Made by a program: the position numbers and the translations under genes | Assembly: GCA_963796275.1 (NCBI GenBank) | Contig: CAWCKY010000004.1 | Coordinates: 256,001-320,000 of the forward strand | Source: an uncultured Acidobacteriota bacterium | GTDB lineage: Bacteria > Acidobacteriota > Blastocatellia > RBC074 | Direction: 5' to 3' | Length of the DNA: 64,000 bases | In this document: piece after piece, positions 1 to 10,252 of the stretch | How positions within the stretch are numbered: position 1 is the stretch's first letter | How the letters are laid out: each line of letters opens with the position of its first letter | The notes under the pieces: generated by a model | Told to the model about the DNA's origin: nothing | Seen by the model: only the letters and a program-made list of their open reading frames with translations | Databases searched by the model: none

Positions 1-111
1 CTGGCGAAATACAAAGTCCCATCATCTATCAACCTCGTGGATAAACTGCCCAAGAGCGCTGTCGGCAAGGTGCTGCGGCGCGAATTGCGCGAAATGGCGA
101 AGGAGAAATAA
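1..111 (+). CDS. 3' end of an AMP-binding enzyme (long-chain acyl-CoA synthetase-like), partial
   Basis: Frame 1 reads [36 protein letters not shown], containing the LPK-x-x-x-GK-x-x-R C-terminal motif of ANL adenylating enzymes. Confidence 0.85.
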   Translation: MAKYKVPSSINLVDKLPKSAVGKVLRRELREMAKEK

Positions 112-114
112 TCG

Positions 115-483
115 ATGTCGGAAGCAACAGCGGCAAACAATTCGCCGCATTACGATGAACGACCGTGGGGAAGTTTCACTGTCCTCGATGAAGGCGAGGG
201 GTATAAGGTCAAGAGGATCGAGGTCCTGTCCGGCAAGCGCCTGAGTTATCAAAAACACGCGCGCCGCGCCGAGCATTGGATGGTCGTTCAGGGAACAGCA
301 AAGGTCACGCTCGATGGGAAGGAAATTTTATTGAAGAGCGGCGAGGTCGTCGATATTCCCGTCGGCGCTGCGCATCGCATCGAAAATCCGGGTGATGTGA
401 AGATGATCTTTATTGAAATTCAACGAGGCAGTTATTTAGGTGAAGACGACATCGTACGATTACAGGATGATTTCGGACGTTGA
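115..483 (+). CDS. Stand-alone mannose-6-phosphate isomerase type II C-terminal cupin domain protein
   Basis: RPWGSF, VKRI, LSYQKH-x-x-RAEHW, HRIENPG and EIQRGSYLGEDDIVR motifs of the ManC/PMI cupin. Confidence 0.9.
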   Translation: MSEATAANNSPHYDERPWGSFTVLDEGEGYKVKRIEVLSGKRLSYQKHARRAEHWMVVQGTAKVTLDGKEILLKSGEVVDIPVGAAHRIENPGDVKMIFIEIQRGSYLGEDDIVRLQDDFGR

Positions 484-487
484 GAAA

Positions 488-608
488 CAGTACCGCGAGC
501 GGTAGCGAGCGGCTTGGAATTCGTGAGAAACAATCAGTACCGCAAGCGTTAGCGAGCGAGACGCCATCGATCAATTGGTGGATCCTCGCTCGCCACCGCT
601 TGCGGTAC
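488..608. repeat. REP-like palindromic repeat family A (CAGTACCGCGAGCGGTAGCGAGCG and its inverse)
   Basis: Forward copies at 488-512 and 535-560; inverted copy at 585-608 inside the MFS 3' end; related copies at 52021-52097 and 60335-60407. Confidence 0.8.
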
Positions 609-1830
609 TAAATTCATCTGTTCGGCGCGGCAGGAGCGAGACGGCAATGGCGCCAATCGCAGCCAGGATGATCAACGTCGCAAAACCGTTCACGTAATTC
701 TTGCTCAGGTCATAAAGTCGGCCGACGATAAAGGGAGCGAACGCTTCAGCCAATCCATCGGCCGTAAGAATTATTCCCATTATCCTGCCCATCACCTTCA
801 GCCCGAAAAGCTCAGCGGTCATCAGGGGAATGATCATATAATCGCCGCCGAGCCCAATGCCGAAGATAATAGCAAAGAGGTAGATCACGCCGGGGACGGA
901 AGCGAAATAGAGAAGCGGGATCGCGAGCGAGACCAGAGAATATATGAGCAGCATGACGTATTTCTTCGGATAACGATCTGCCAGCCAACCCATCAGCAAC
1001 CGCCCGACGATACTCGATGTCAAAACCAGCGAGATGATCTTTGCGGATTCGGTTTGCGAATATCCCTGATCGATACTGAGAAAGAGCTTGAGATGTTGAT
1101 TCGTTCCGGCAACCGCTCCGATCGAACACATACTTCCAATTGCAAGAAGGTAGAAAGGCCAGCTCTTAACTATGCTTCCGATCGGCGCCTTGGGCGCGGC
1201 TGCGCCCCTCTCCCGCAATCTGTCCGGCGGCTCTTTGACGATCAAGACCATCGGGAAGGAGACCACGATCATCAATATTCCGATCACCATCAATGCGCGC
1301 TGCCATCCGAGGTTCTCGGTCAGAAAATTGGCGATCCAGGGGACGATCGCGCCGCCGACGCCGATGCCGAGATAGGCAAACCCCATGGCCTTTCCCCGCC
1401 CCTTATCGAACCACCGGGAAAGCAGAACCTGGTTCGGCAGCGGCCCGCCGCACACATAACCGAGGGCGTTGAACAAATAGCAGAGATAAAACATCCAGAG
1501 CATCGATATCTGGCTGAGACCTATCACCGCAAATCCGCCCATCAGTATGCCCGCGAGCATCAGCTTCCGCGGGCCGAAACGATCGATAAACCACCCGGCG
1601 AGGAAGCCGAATAGAATACCGACGACGATCTTGCCCGTTAAATTGCCAGATGTAATAGTGCCGCGCGACCAACCGTATTCCTTCACCCAAAAATCGTAAA
1701 AGAACGGCAGCCCGTAGAACGACAATCCGACGAGCGAAAAAAGGCTCAAGAATGCAGTTACAGCGACCTGCGCCTTCGCGCCACTCAGCTTTTCTCCGGC
1801 AATTTCCCCGGTCAAGACAGATTCTTTCAT
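571..1830 (-). CDS. MFS transporter
   Basis: About 12 hydrophobic segments; motif A GWFIDRFGPRK and second-half GWLADRYPKK. Confidence 0.9.
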   Translation of the reverse strand: MKESVLTGEIAGEKLSGAKAQVAVTAFLSLFSLVGLSFYGLPFFYDFWVKEYGWSRGTITSGNLTGKIVVGILFGFLAGWFIDRFGPRKLMLAGILMGGFAVIGLSQISMLWMFYLCYLFNALGYVCGGPLPNQVLLSRWFDKGRGKAMGFAYLGIGVGGAIVPWIANFLTENLGWQRALMVIGILMIVVSFPMVLIVKEPPDRLRERGAAAPKAPIGSIVKSWPFYLLAIGSMCSIGAVAGTNQHLKLFLSIDQGYSQTESAKIISLVLTSSIVGRLLMGWLADRYPKKYVMLLIYSLVSLAIPLLYFASVPGVIYLFAIIFGIGLGGDYMIIPLMTAELFGLKVMGRIMGIILTADGLAEAFAPFIVGRLYDLSKNYVNGFATLIILAAIGAIAVSLLPRRTDEFSTASGGERGSTN

Positions 1831-1831
1831 A

Positions 1832-2734
1832 TTATCTGCTCGTAAATGGCTCCATCAGCTCAGCCCTGCTTCCATCGGGATCGTACAGATTGAGCTGCCA
1901 ACGATTGTTGCGCCCGACCTGCGGCGACCGGATGGACGATGGATCAGTCGCCCGCCCTCTCAGAATTTCGAGAGATGCCTGAATATCCGGCACAAGCAAT
2001 GCTACGTGGTGTAGTACGCCGAGTTGCTGTCGATTCGGCTTACCGGTAGTCAGCATATATTCGATGTAATCGGTCCCGTCCGGCACTTTCATATTGATCC
2101 AGTTGAGCGTGGCCTCATCCCGGCCGCCGCGCCATATCTCCGAGAAGCCCAGGATATCCTTGTAAAACTTATCGGCGGCCGCAAGGTCTGCCACTGTGAT
2201 GCCGGCATGCAGGATACGATTTGAGATTCTCCGCGACGATACGTATCGGCCTTTGTTCTTGAGATGGAGCGACCCAGGCCGGTATTGCACGAACTCGACG
2301 CGATGGCCGTCGGGGTCTTCGATGGTCATATTCAAATTGCCATCGCGCCCCTGATTGACCCCGGCAGGCACCTTCACGCTTTTCGCATTCAGGTAAACGC
2401 GCAATGCCTCGATGTCAGTCGTTTCGAGGGCGACGTGCAGCAGCCGTTCGTCCTTGTCGGGCGGCAACCCGGGAAAGATTTCGATGTATTGCCGCTCGTT
2501 CACTTTGAAATAGGTCAACGCAAGAGCGCCGTCTTCCTTGTATATCTGAAACGGCTCTTCATAGCCGAGCTGTTCGCCATAGAACGCGCGCGCCTTCGCC
2601 AGATCGCTTACCTGAAATGCGATATGGGCAATACCCGTGATCAACGGACGTTTTATTTCCTGTTCTTGAGCTGCAGCGCCGAACACACAACACCCGGCCA
2701 ATGCCATCAGAATAAGAATTCGACATGCCTTCAT
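1832..2734 (-). CDS. Secreted two-domain VOC/glyoxalase family protein
   Basis: Signal peptide; two VOC modules (HIAFQVSDL...DPDGHRVEF and HAGITVADL...DPDGSRAEL). Confidence 0.85.
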   Translation of the reverse strand: MKACRILILMALAGCCVFGAAAQEQEIKRPLITGIAHIAFQVSDLAKARAFYGEQLGYEEPFQIYKEDGALALTYFKVNERQYIEIFPGLPPDKDERLLHVALETTDIEALRVYLNAKSVKVPAGVNQGRDGNLNMTIEDPDGHRVEFVQYRPGSLHLKNKGRYVSSRRISNRILHAGITVADLAAADKFYKDILGFSEIWRGGRDEATLNWINMKVPDGTDYIEYMLTTGKPNRQQLGVLHHVALLVPDIQASLEILRGRATDPSSIRSPQVGRNNRWQLNLYDPDGSRAELMEPFTSR

Positions 2735-2760
2735 CGTCTTACCTCATGGTGATTAGAGAA

Positions 2761-3423
2761 CTACTGTTTGGTCTCTCCTTTGAGTTCAAGAACGCGGATA
2801 TTTTTGAAACGCGCTTTGCTTTTCTCTCCCCACGCGCCCTCGCCGCCGTGAACCTGAAGCCCGATGTAACCCTCGCGCGGATATCGGTCGCGGTTGTCCT
2901 GGAAATCGGTCATCTTGACATCGTTCAGCCAGGCAGTCACGTGAGCGGGTTGGCCTACAACACGCGCGCGCAGTTTGTTCCACTGGTCCTTGCGATAATA
3001 CTTCTGCCAATCCTTGTTCTGTTGAATGAACCCTCCGGCAGCGGGGGCATAGAGGCTGCCGATGAATCCGCCATCGCGGTAATCGATGGTGATCTGATAG
3101 CCCATCCCGTCATCGCGCGTTCGCAGAAACAAACCGGTATCGACCGGAAGGTCCGCTTTGAATTCGAGTTCGATCTCAAAGTCGGAATACTTGCGATCGG
3201 TGCCAAGTAATCCGCCCTTGTGATCAGTCTCCTGGTCGGCGACGATCGAGCCGCCCTCGACGACCCACACCCCGCCATTTCCTCCGTGAACGGCTTTCTT
3301 CTCCCAACCATTCAACGTCTTACCATCGAATATCTTCTGCCATTCGTCGGCAGTCGCGACTTGAGAAGCAATTACAGAGATGCTCACTAAAATCGAAAAG
3401 ATAATTAACGCCTTTTTCCTCAT
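2761..3423 (-). CDS. DUF1080 (3-keto-disaccharide hydrolase-like) secreted protein
   Basis: Signal peptide; IFDGKTLNGW, YSDFEIELEFK, GYIGLQVHG and FKNIRV motifs. Confidence 0.88.
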   Translation of the reverse strand: MRKKALIIFSILVSISVIASQVATADEWQKIFDGKTLNGWEKKAVHGGNGGVWVVEGGSIVADQETDHKGGLLGTDRKYSDFEIELEFKADLPVDTGLFLRTRDDGMGYQITIDYRDGGFIGSLYAPAAGGFIQQNKDWQKYYRKDQWNKLRARVVGQPAHVTAWLNDVKMTDFQDNRDRYPREGYIGLQVHGGEGAWGEKSKARFKNIRVLELKGETKQ

Positions 3424-3552
3424 AATTTTTCCTCCCTAATTTAGCGGATATCGTAGAACATATTCATAAAGTCGGCGCGATTATGCATTAAAAGGAATTG
3501 GTTAGTCCATCATTCACGTGACAATCGCAAGGCGAATTCGTAGGATTACCGA

Positions 3553-5013
3553 ATGGAAACGAAGAAAGAGAACGAAGCAAATGAAAACAGCGAATCGAAC
3601 GAACACGATGGGACTATTCGTTTGTTTCCTACTTTTCGTCAATTTCGTCTTCTCACCTGGGCATCAGTATGCGGCATACTGATCCTGACATGTTTCCCGA
3701 CCAGCAGTCAGGTTTCGTCAACCCGACTCGGCGCGGGGCGCAAATACACCACGCTCGAGCGATTGAAACCGGAGCGCCTGCGCGCCGTGCGTGAAGATCG
3801 ATTGCGGTATCAAAATTCGCGCAGAACCCTCAAACCGGTCATGGGATATCAGGATTACCGTGCGATCCTTCACGCGCACGCCGAAGACTCATCGCATACA
3901 GGCGGAACGCTTCTTGAATTACTGGCTGCCGCAAAACAGACGGGAGTTAAGATCATTCTGCTCGGCGATCACGTGCGCCCGCCTCGTGACTTCATCAATG
4001 AGAGGTGGCGCGGCGTTCGCGAGGGAGTCCTGTTCATTCCGGGCGCGGAATCTGAAGGCTTCATCGTTCATCCGACACGGTCGATCATCTCCGCCTATAT
4101 CAATAAAAGCTGGAAGACGCGCGATGAATACATCCGGCTGGTCAAGCAGGATGGCGGCAACATCTTTCTTTCCCATGTCGAAGAGCGACTCGATTGGGAT
4201 ACATCTCAACTGGACGGATTGGAGATATACAACCATCACACGGATTTCAAAGACGAGTTCGGATTCGTGACGTGGCTGCGGGGCTCTTTCACAAATCCCG
4301 ATCGATTGCGGGAAGTCGACCGGCTGCTCACGGAATTCCCGATGGAGTTTTTCGGTTCATTGCAGGATTATCTGTCAAAGGTCATCACCAAATGGGACAG
4401 TGATCTGCAAACGCACCGACTTACCGGCATCGCCGCCAATGACTGCCACCACAACCAGGTCTTCACCATCAAAGCGGCGGCATCTGATGCGATCGAACTA
4501 AGCATCATCGGCGACCCTCCGCGCAAGCTTACCGCGAAACAATCTCCTCGCGTTGCCGAAATGGTGAAGGATCGTGAAGAGGGCGATGTGATTGCAAAGA
4601 TCGATCTCGATCCTTACGAGAGGAGTTTGAGCTATGTCTCAACCCATATCCTTCTGCGCGATTTCAATGAGAGGTCGGTGCGGCAAGCGTTGAAACAGGG
4701 CCGCGCATATGTGGCGCACGACTGGCTTTGCGATCCGACGGGTTTCACTTTCAGTGCGGAACTGAACGGGAAGCAGCGCGCGATAATGGGCGATGAATTG
4801 AAACTTGAACGTGGCTTGCATCTGCAGCTGGAAACCCCCTCAGCTGGCGCCATCAAGCTCATTCGCAACGGTACGGTGATCCGGGAATCGAAGTCGGACA
4901 AACTCGAATTCGAGGTAACTGAAGGCGGCGTATATCGCGCTGAGGTCTGGCTGGAGATCGACGGGGAACAGCGGCCTTGGATTTATGCCAATCCGATCAG
5001 AGTCGTTTTGTGA
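3553..5013 (+). CDS. PHP-fold metallohydrolase (CehA/McbA-like); start uncertain
   Basis: HAH, DH, SH, EIYN and ANDCHH metal-ligand motifs; C-terminal beta domain ending YRAEV...WIYANPI. Confidence 0.65.
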   Translation: METKKENEANENSESNEHDGTIRLFPTFRQFRLLTWASVCGILILTCFPTSSQVSSTRLGAGRKYTTLERLKPERLRAVREDRLRYQNSRRTLKPVMGYQDYRAILHAHAEDSSHTGGTLLELLAAAKQTGVKIILLGDHVRPPRDFINERWRGVREGVLFIPGAESEGFIVHPTRSIISAYINKSWKTRDEYIRLVKQDGGNIFLSHVEERLDWDTSQLDGLEIYNHHTDFKDEFGFVTWLRGSFTNPDRLREVDRLLTEFPMEFFGSLQDYLSKVITKWDSDLQTHRLTGIAANDCHHNQVFTIKAAASDAIELSIIGDPPRKLTAKQSPRVAEMVKDREEGDVIAKIDLDPYERSLSYVSTHILLRDFNERSVRQALKQGRAYVAHDWLCDPTGFTFSAELNGKQRAIMGDELKLERGLHLQLETPSAGAIKLIRNGTVIRESKSDKLEFEVTEGGVYRAEVWLEIDGEQRPWIYANPIRVVL

Positions 5014-5017
5014 ATGT

Positions 5018-5112
5018 GAAGGGGAGCAAAAAAGACAAAAAGGGAGCATAAAAAGGCTTAGCGCCTGCATTTTTTTACGACCTTTGCCACGTCTTGCCAT
5101 TTTTGTTTCCAA
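5018..5112. repeat. A-rich/T-rich palindromic repeat family D
   Basis: GGGGAGCAAAAAAGACAAAAAGG...TTGCCATTTTTGTTTCC; best-preserved copy at 27948-28036; others near 15750-15785 and 30356-30426. Confidence 0.55.
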
Positions 5113-5142
5113 CCAGCCTTTCGGTAAACAGGAGGAATCAAC

Positions 5143-6108
5143 ATGCGAGTTGTTACCGGCTATATTGTGTGCATCTTTATGGCATCGACGCTCTTTCTCG
5201 CTGAGTCTGCTGTGTACGGCCAGTCGTGGAAGCCGCCCGCCGACTCCGAACGCTGTCCATCGAAATGGGGCGCCGGCGATCAAAGGGGAGCCGGCAATCA
5301 CATGAAACCGGAAACAGTGCTCCGGGCTGTCAAGCTTATCCGCTCCGGCGAGGTGATCGAGCTAGGCCACGCGCTCAACTCCTCGATGCCTTTTTTCGGA
5401 ACGCGACGCTTCGATCTCCACACCAAGCGCACCTTCATGAATCCGCAGTCGAACCAGCGCGGGAGCAATGAAGAATTCGTCGCCGGAGAAATAGGTCAGG
5501 TCGGCACGCAGTTCGATGGCTTCGCCCACCAGACGATCGGCAGCGGCATGTACAATTGCTTTAAGCTCGATGAGATATCGACCCGCAACGGATTCGATAA
5601 GCTGGGAATCGAGAATGTCGGCGCGTTCTTCACACGCGGTGTAATGATTGACATTGCCGGATTGAAAGGCGTGGAGATGTTGCCGGACAACTACGAGATA
5701 ACAGTGCAGGATATCGAGGAGGCGCTGGCGAAGCAGAAACTGAAGTTGCAGAGCGGCGATGCCGTCATCCTTCACACAGGCTGGGGTAAGCTGTGGGGCA
5801 AGGACAATGCACGGTATACCAGGAGCTGCCCGGGCATCGGCGTCGGTGCGGCATTGTGGCTGGCTCGGCAAGATCCGATACTGGTTGGTGCCGACAACTC
5901 TTCTGTAGAGGTATCGCCCAACCCCGACCCGAAAGTTTCGCTCCCCATCCATCAGATTATGCTTGTTGTGAACGGAATCCATCTGCTTGAGAATATGAAA
6001 CTCGTCGAACTGGCGGCCAAGCGTATTCAAGAGTTCGCATTTATCGTGCAACCGCTGAAGATACAGGGTGGCACCGGCTCGACCGTAGCCCCCATCGCTG
6101 TGCACTGA
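5143..6108 (+). CDS. Cyclase family protein (kynurenine formamidase-like metal-dependent hydrolase), secreted
   Basis: Signal peptide; WGAGDQRGA, GTQFDGFAH, VILHTGW, GIHLLEN and PLKIQGGTGS motifs. Confidence 0.85.
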   Translation: MRVVTGYIVCIFMASTLFLAESAVYGQSWKPPADSERCPSKWGAGDQRGAGNHMKPETVLRAVKLIRSGEVIELGHALNSSMPFFGTRRFDLHTKRTFMNPQSNQRGSNEEFVAGEIGQVGTQFDGFAHQTIGSGMYNCFKLDEISTRNGFDKLGIENVGAFFTRGVMIDIAGLKGVEMLPDNYEITVQDIEEALAKQKLKLQSGDAVILHTGWGKLWGKDNARYTRSCPGIGVGAALWLARQDPILVGADNSSVEVSPNPDPKVSLPIHQIMLVVNGIHLLENMKLVELAAKRIQEFAFIVQPLKIQGGTGSTVAPIAVH

Positions 6109-6125
6109 GGTTTCCTGTTTTGAGC

Positions 6126-6223
6126 TCCCGTTTGGAGCTCCCGTTTGGAGTTCCGCGTTTACGCGGTCTTTCCATTCCGAACGTGATGTTCTGACCGCCT
6201 GAAGGCGGAACTCCAAACGGGAA
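6126..6223. repeat. REP-like palindromic repeat family B
   Basis: CCCGTTTGGAGTTCCGCGTTTACGCGGTC...GACCGCCTGAAGGCGGAACTCCAAACGGG inverted pair; partial copy at 18544-18597. Confidence 0.8.
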
Positions 6224-6255
6224 CAACGATTATCCATAGATATTTTCCGATAAAA

Positions 6256-7749
6256 ATGAATCAACACAATTCAATCAAAAATACAGCATCCGCGGATTCT
6301 GGCCTGGACCTAAACAACCTATCGGGCCTGGCAGCCGAATATGACAGCTACGATGCTCTCGGTCTGGCCGAGTTGATCGCCAAAAAGGAGATCACGCCGA
6401 TCGAGCTGCTCGACGCAGTTCGCCAGAGAGTTGAAGCCATCAATCCCCAAATCAATGCATTCAGCCAGCTCTTCTTCGACAAGGCCGAAGCAAGCATCAA
6501 TGATGGGCTGCCTGACGGGCCGTTTCACGGCGTGCCATTCGCCTTGAAAGATCTGGGCCAGTATTTGCGCGGCACTATCACAACTGCAGGCAGCAGAGTA
6601 TGGAAAGACGACATGGCCGAATACGACAGCACCCTGGTTGCTCGATACAAGCGAGCCGGCCTGGTCATCTTCGGCAAGACGACCACACCAGAACTAGGTC
6701 TGACAACCAGTACCGAATCGGTCCTTTTCGGTGAGACGCATAATCCGTGGGATCTCGACAGCGTACGAGCGGGGGTTCATCGGGTGGATCTGCAGCCGCA
6801 GTGGCGGCGCGCATCCTGCCAGCCGCGCACGCCAGCGATGGTGGAGGATCGATACGCATTCCCGCTTCGTGCTGTGGCCTGTTCGGCCTGAAGCCGACCC
6901 GCGGCCGCGTGCCGATGGGACCGGACCAGTTTGAAGGATGGAACGGTTTCTCGGTCCATCACGTTGTGACGATTTCGGTGCGAGATTGCGCTGCGCTGCT
7001 CGATGCTACCGCCGGCGCTGAACTCGGCTCGCCCTTCTTCTCGCCGCAGCCGCAACAACCTTTTGTGAAAGAGACCCTTATCGCTCCCAAAAAGCTGCGG
7101 GTCGCGGTCGTCATCGACCCTCCAGGCGGAACTCCGCTCGACCCCGCGTGCAAGAACGGCTGCACTCGAAGCCGCGAAGTTATGCGAGAGCCTGGGCCAT
7201 CTGGTCGAGGAGCAAAAGTTGCCGATCGAGCATGAGGTAATGTTCGAGGCGTTTCTCACCGTCATCAATGCTTCCACCGCCAGAACATTGGCCGATGCCG
7301 CCCGAACGCTCGGACGCGAAGTGACCGAGAAAGACGTCGAGACGGTGACTTGGGTGATGAACCACCAGGGGCGCAAGATAGACGCTGTATCTTACTCGCG
7401 TGCCATCCTCACAGCTCATCAGGTGGGCCTTGCGATGGCCAGGTTTCTGGAAAACTACGATGTAATCCTGAGCCCGACTCTGGGGAAACCTCCGGTGCCA
7501 CTGGGCGTGCTGAGTCTCTCTCCCGCAAATATCCAGGACTTCACGAAAGAGATCACGGAATTTGGCCCGTATACTGCGCTCTATAACGTGACGGGACAGC
7601 CTTCAATGTCGGTGCCATTGCATTGGACGACGGATGGCTTGCCGGTGGGTGTGATGTTCTCAGGACGATTCGGCGACGAGGCGACACTTCTTCGCCTGGG
7701 AGCACAGCTGGAGAAAGCGAAGCCGTGGGCTGGGCGTAAGCCTGTATAA
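6256..7749 (+). pseudogene. Amidase signature family enzyme broken by two frameshifts (pseudogene or sequencing error)
   Basis: GPFHGVPFALKDL (6256-6891), [15 protein letters not shown] and [12 protein letters not shown] (6747-7235) and PYTALYNVTGQPSMSVP (7219-7749) lie in three successive ORFs; shifts at ~6760 and ~7155. Confidence 0.85.
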
Positions 7750-7998
7750 GCCCAGATTGGAGGCGGAGACAATAGTACGAAAGTTCAACTGAATGCAGCC
7801 GTTCGTATAGATAAGGTGCTGACTGGCCCAGGAGGAAAACTGTAAATGAAATGCTCCAGATGGTGGAGCATGGCGCAAGAGGGTTTGAAAGATTGAACGG
7901 TTTGAATAGTGATGAGAGGCAGACGATTCCGATTTCTCCAGATGGCCGGCAGGCAGATAAGATCTCAATTTAATAGTGTATCCGACGCTCGGATTCAA

Positions 7999-8790
7999 TC
8001 ATATACCTTTGCTCAGCTCCCGCACCAGCCGGGCCACGCTTTCAACCAACCCCGGTGAGCCCAGATTGTTTTCTATCTCCTGCACCAATCGGCTGCCGAC
8101 AACCGCGCCATCGGCATAGCTCCAGACTTCGCGCACGTGTTCCTGTGTCGAAATACCGAACCCGACGGCCACAGGCAATGCCGAGTATCGCCGAACCCGT
8201 TCGGCGATCGAGCGAACTTCTGCAGAGATGTTTTCCCGCATACCCGTCACTCCGGTGCGCGCTACGATGTAGATAAACCCGCTTGAATTTTCGGCTATCA
8301 GTTTGATCCGGTCATCTGTCGAAGTGGGAGCTACCAGAAAGACCGTATCCAGTTGCGCCTGCCGCATCTGTGCGACAAACCCTGCTGCTTCTTCGGGAAT
8401 TAGATCCGTCACCAGGACGCCATCGACGCCAGCTTCCTTCAGCTTCGATCCGAGCCCCTCGCGTGCAAACTGTAATAATGGATTGAAATAGGTGAAGAGG
8501 AGGATCGGAACCTCGCTCTTTCTCCTCACTCGTTCAACTACCGGCAGAATATCGGCAACGCCGATTGGATTATTAAGCGCGCGTTCCGAGGCGCGCTGAA
8601 TCACCGGCCCGTCAGCCATCGGATCCGAAAACGGCACGCCGAGCTCGATAATATCGGCGCCGGCTTCATCAAGCGCAAGTAATATTTCTTCGGTCGTCGC
8701 GAGATCTGGATCGCCCGCCGTGATGTAAGGAATGAATGCCCGCCGGCCCTCGCGTCTCAAGCTTTCGAACTTTTCTGTTATCCGAGTCAT
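7999..8790 (-). CDS. trpA: Tryptophan synthase alpha chain
   Basis: YITAGDP, IELGVPFSDPMADGPVIQ, GVTG and VGFGIS motifs. Confidence 0.97.
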   Translation of the reverse strand: MTRITEKFESLRREGRRAFIPYITAGDPDLATTEEILLALDEAGADIIELGVPFSDPMADGPVIQRASERALNNPIGVADILPVVERVRRKSEVPILLFTYFNPLLQFAREGLGSKLKEAGVDGVLVTDLIPEEAAGFVAQMRQAQLDTVFLVAPTSTDDRIKLIAENSSGFIYIVARTGVTGMRENISAEVRSIAERVRRYSALPVAVGFGISTQEHVREVWSYADGAVVGSRLVQEIENNLGSPGLVESVARLVRELSKGI

Positions 8791-8868
8791 AGAGAGTCAG
8801 GATTCACCACACCACACAAAACTACAGATTAACTACAATTTGCGCTTTGCGGTGAATGCAATTTATTT

Positions 8869-10161
8869 CTATTTATTCCCCGTATATGTCACCCGCCAAA
8901 TCTTCTTCCCGCCATCGTCGACGACCAGAAGCGAGCCGTCGCCAATCATCGCCAATCCTACCGGGCGCCCCCAGACCTCCCTCGCCGAAACGTCCGGGAC
9001 CCAGCCCACCAGGAAGTTCTCATAACCGCCTTCGGGTTTGCCATTTTCGAAAGGTATACGTACAACCTTGTAGCCACTGCGCGTCGACCGATTCCACGAA
9101 CCGTGCATCGCGACGAATGCATCACCTTGATATTCCTGGGGAAACATCGGGCCCGTGTTAAACACCAGGCCGAGCGCCGCACAGTGAGCTTCAAAAAGAA
9201 CATCCGGCACTAACGCTTTCTCTACCATGTCCTTTCCCTTTCCCTCCATCCTCGGGTCTAGATTCTTGCCGATGTAGGAATAAGGCCAACCATAGAATCC
9301 GCCGTCCTGCACCGAGGTGGCATAATCCGGCACCAGATCGTCGCCCAGACCGTCACGCTCGTTCACCGCCGTCCACAGTTGCCCGGTGGTGGGGTTCCAG
9401 GCCATCCCGATCGGGTTGCGGATGCCCGACGCGTAGATACGATGGCCCGTTCCATCCGCGTTATATTCGTTGATTGCGGCGCGGCGCGGCTCTTCTTCAC
9501 CGACATTCGTTTCAGAGCCGACCGAGACATACATCTTTTTGCCGTCTTTGCTGAAGATGATATTGCGCGTCCAGTGTTGGCGATATCCCTCACCCGGCAG
9601 ATCGACTATCTTCTCTCCGCTTCCCTCCAACTTCGTCTGGCCCGGTTTATATGTGAAACGAAGAACGGCATTGGTATTCGCGACGTAAAAGTATTCATTC
9701 TGAATCGCCATTCCGAAAGGCTGATTCAATCCAGTGGCGAATTCAAACCGTTCGGTCTTGTTGTCAATCGCACCGTCTTTGTTGGCATCGCGCAAGAGTG
9801 TGATGCTGTTCACCTGGTTATCGGAAAGGAAGAGGTCTCCGTTCGGTCCTTCGATAATCCAGCGCGGATTACGAAACTCACCTTCAGCAAAAACCTTGAC
9901 CTCGAATCCCGTGGGCAAGGTGAGCCCGGCTCCCGTCGGCGCGGGAGAGACCTCCGGATGATTATTTGCGGAGCCGGATGCGAATGGCTTCGGCAATGAT
10001 TCCGGTTTGATCACAATGCGATCGGAATCGATTTTCTGCACAATTCCGCCACCGCCCTGGCCAGCTGGCTGGCCTACTTGTGCGCACGCGGACAGCAGAA
10101 TTATCGATAAGATTGCCCCTGTAATTGCTAAATAGAAACCCGTCTTTTGTTCTCCTCTCAC
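8869..10161 (-). CDS. Sorbosone/glucose dehydrogenase family beta-propeller lipoprotein
   Basis: Lipobox LLSAC; HWTRNI, SVGSETN, GIRNPIG, NERDGLGDDLVPDY, HGSWNRS and GRPVG motifs. Confidence 0.9.
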   Translation of the reverse strand: MRGEQKTGFYLAITGAILSIILLSACAQVGQPAGQGGGGIVQKIDSDRIVIKPESLPKPFASGSANNHPEVSPAPTGAGLTLPTGFEVKVFAEGEFRNPRWIIEGPNGDLFLSDNQVNSITLLRDANKDGAIDNKTERFEFATGLNQPFGMAIQNEYFYVANTNAVLRFTYKPGQTKLEGSGEKIVDLPGEGYRQHWTRNIIFSKDGKKMYVSVGSETNVGEEEPRRAAINEYNADGTGHRIYASGIRNPIGMAWNPTTGQLWTAVNERDGLGDDLVPDYATSVQDGGFYGWPYSYIGKNLDPRMEGKGKDMVEKALVPDVLFEAHCAALGLVFNTGPMFPQEYQGDAFVAMHGSWNRSTRSGYKVVRIPFENGKPEGGYENFLVGWVPDVSAREVWGRPVGLAMIGDGSLLVVDDGGKKIWRVTYTGNK

Positions 10162-10252
10162 TCGATTCTCCTTAATAACTGGCAGACTTCAATTATGATT
10201 TTGAAGACTAGATGCAATTACGTGCAACAACGTATTCGGCCGCAATAAAGGT

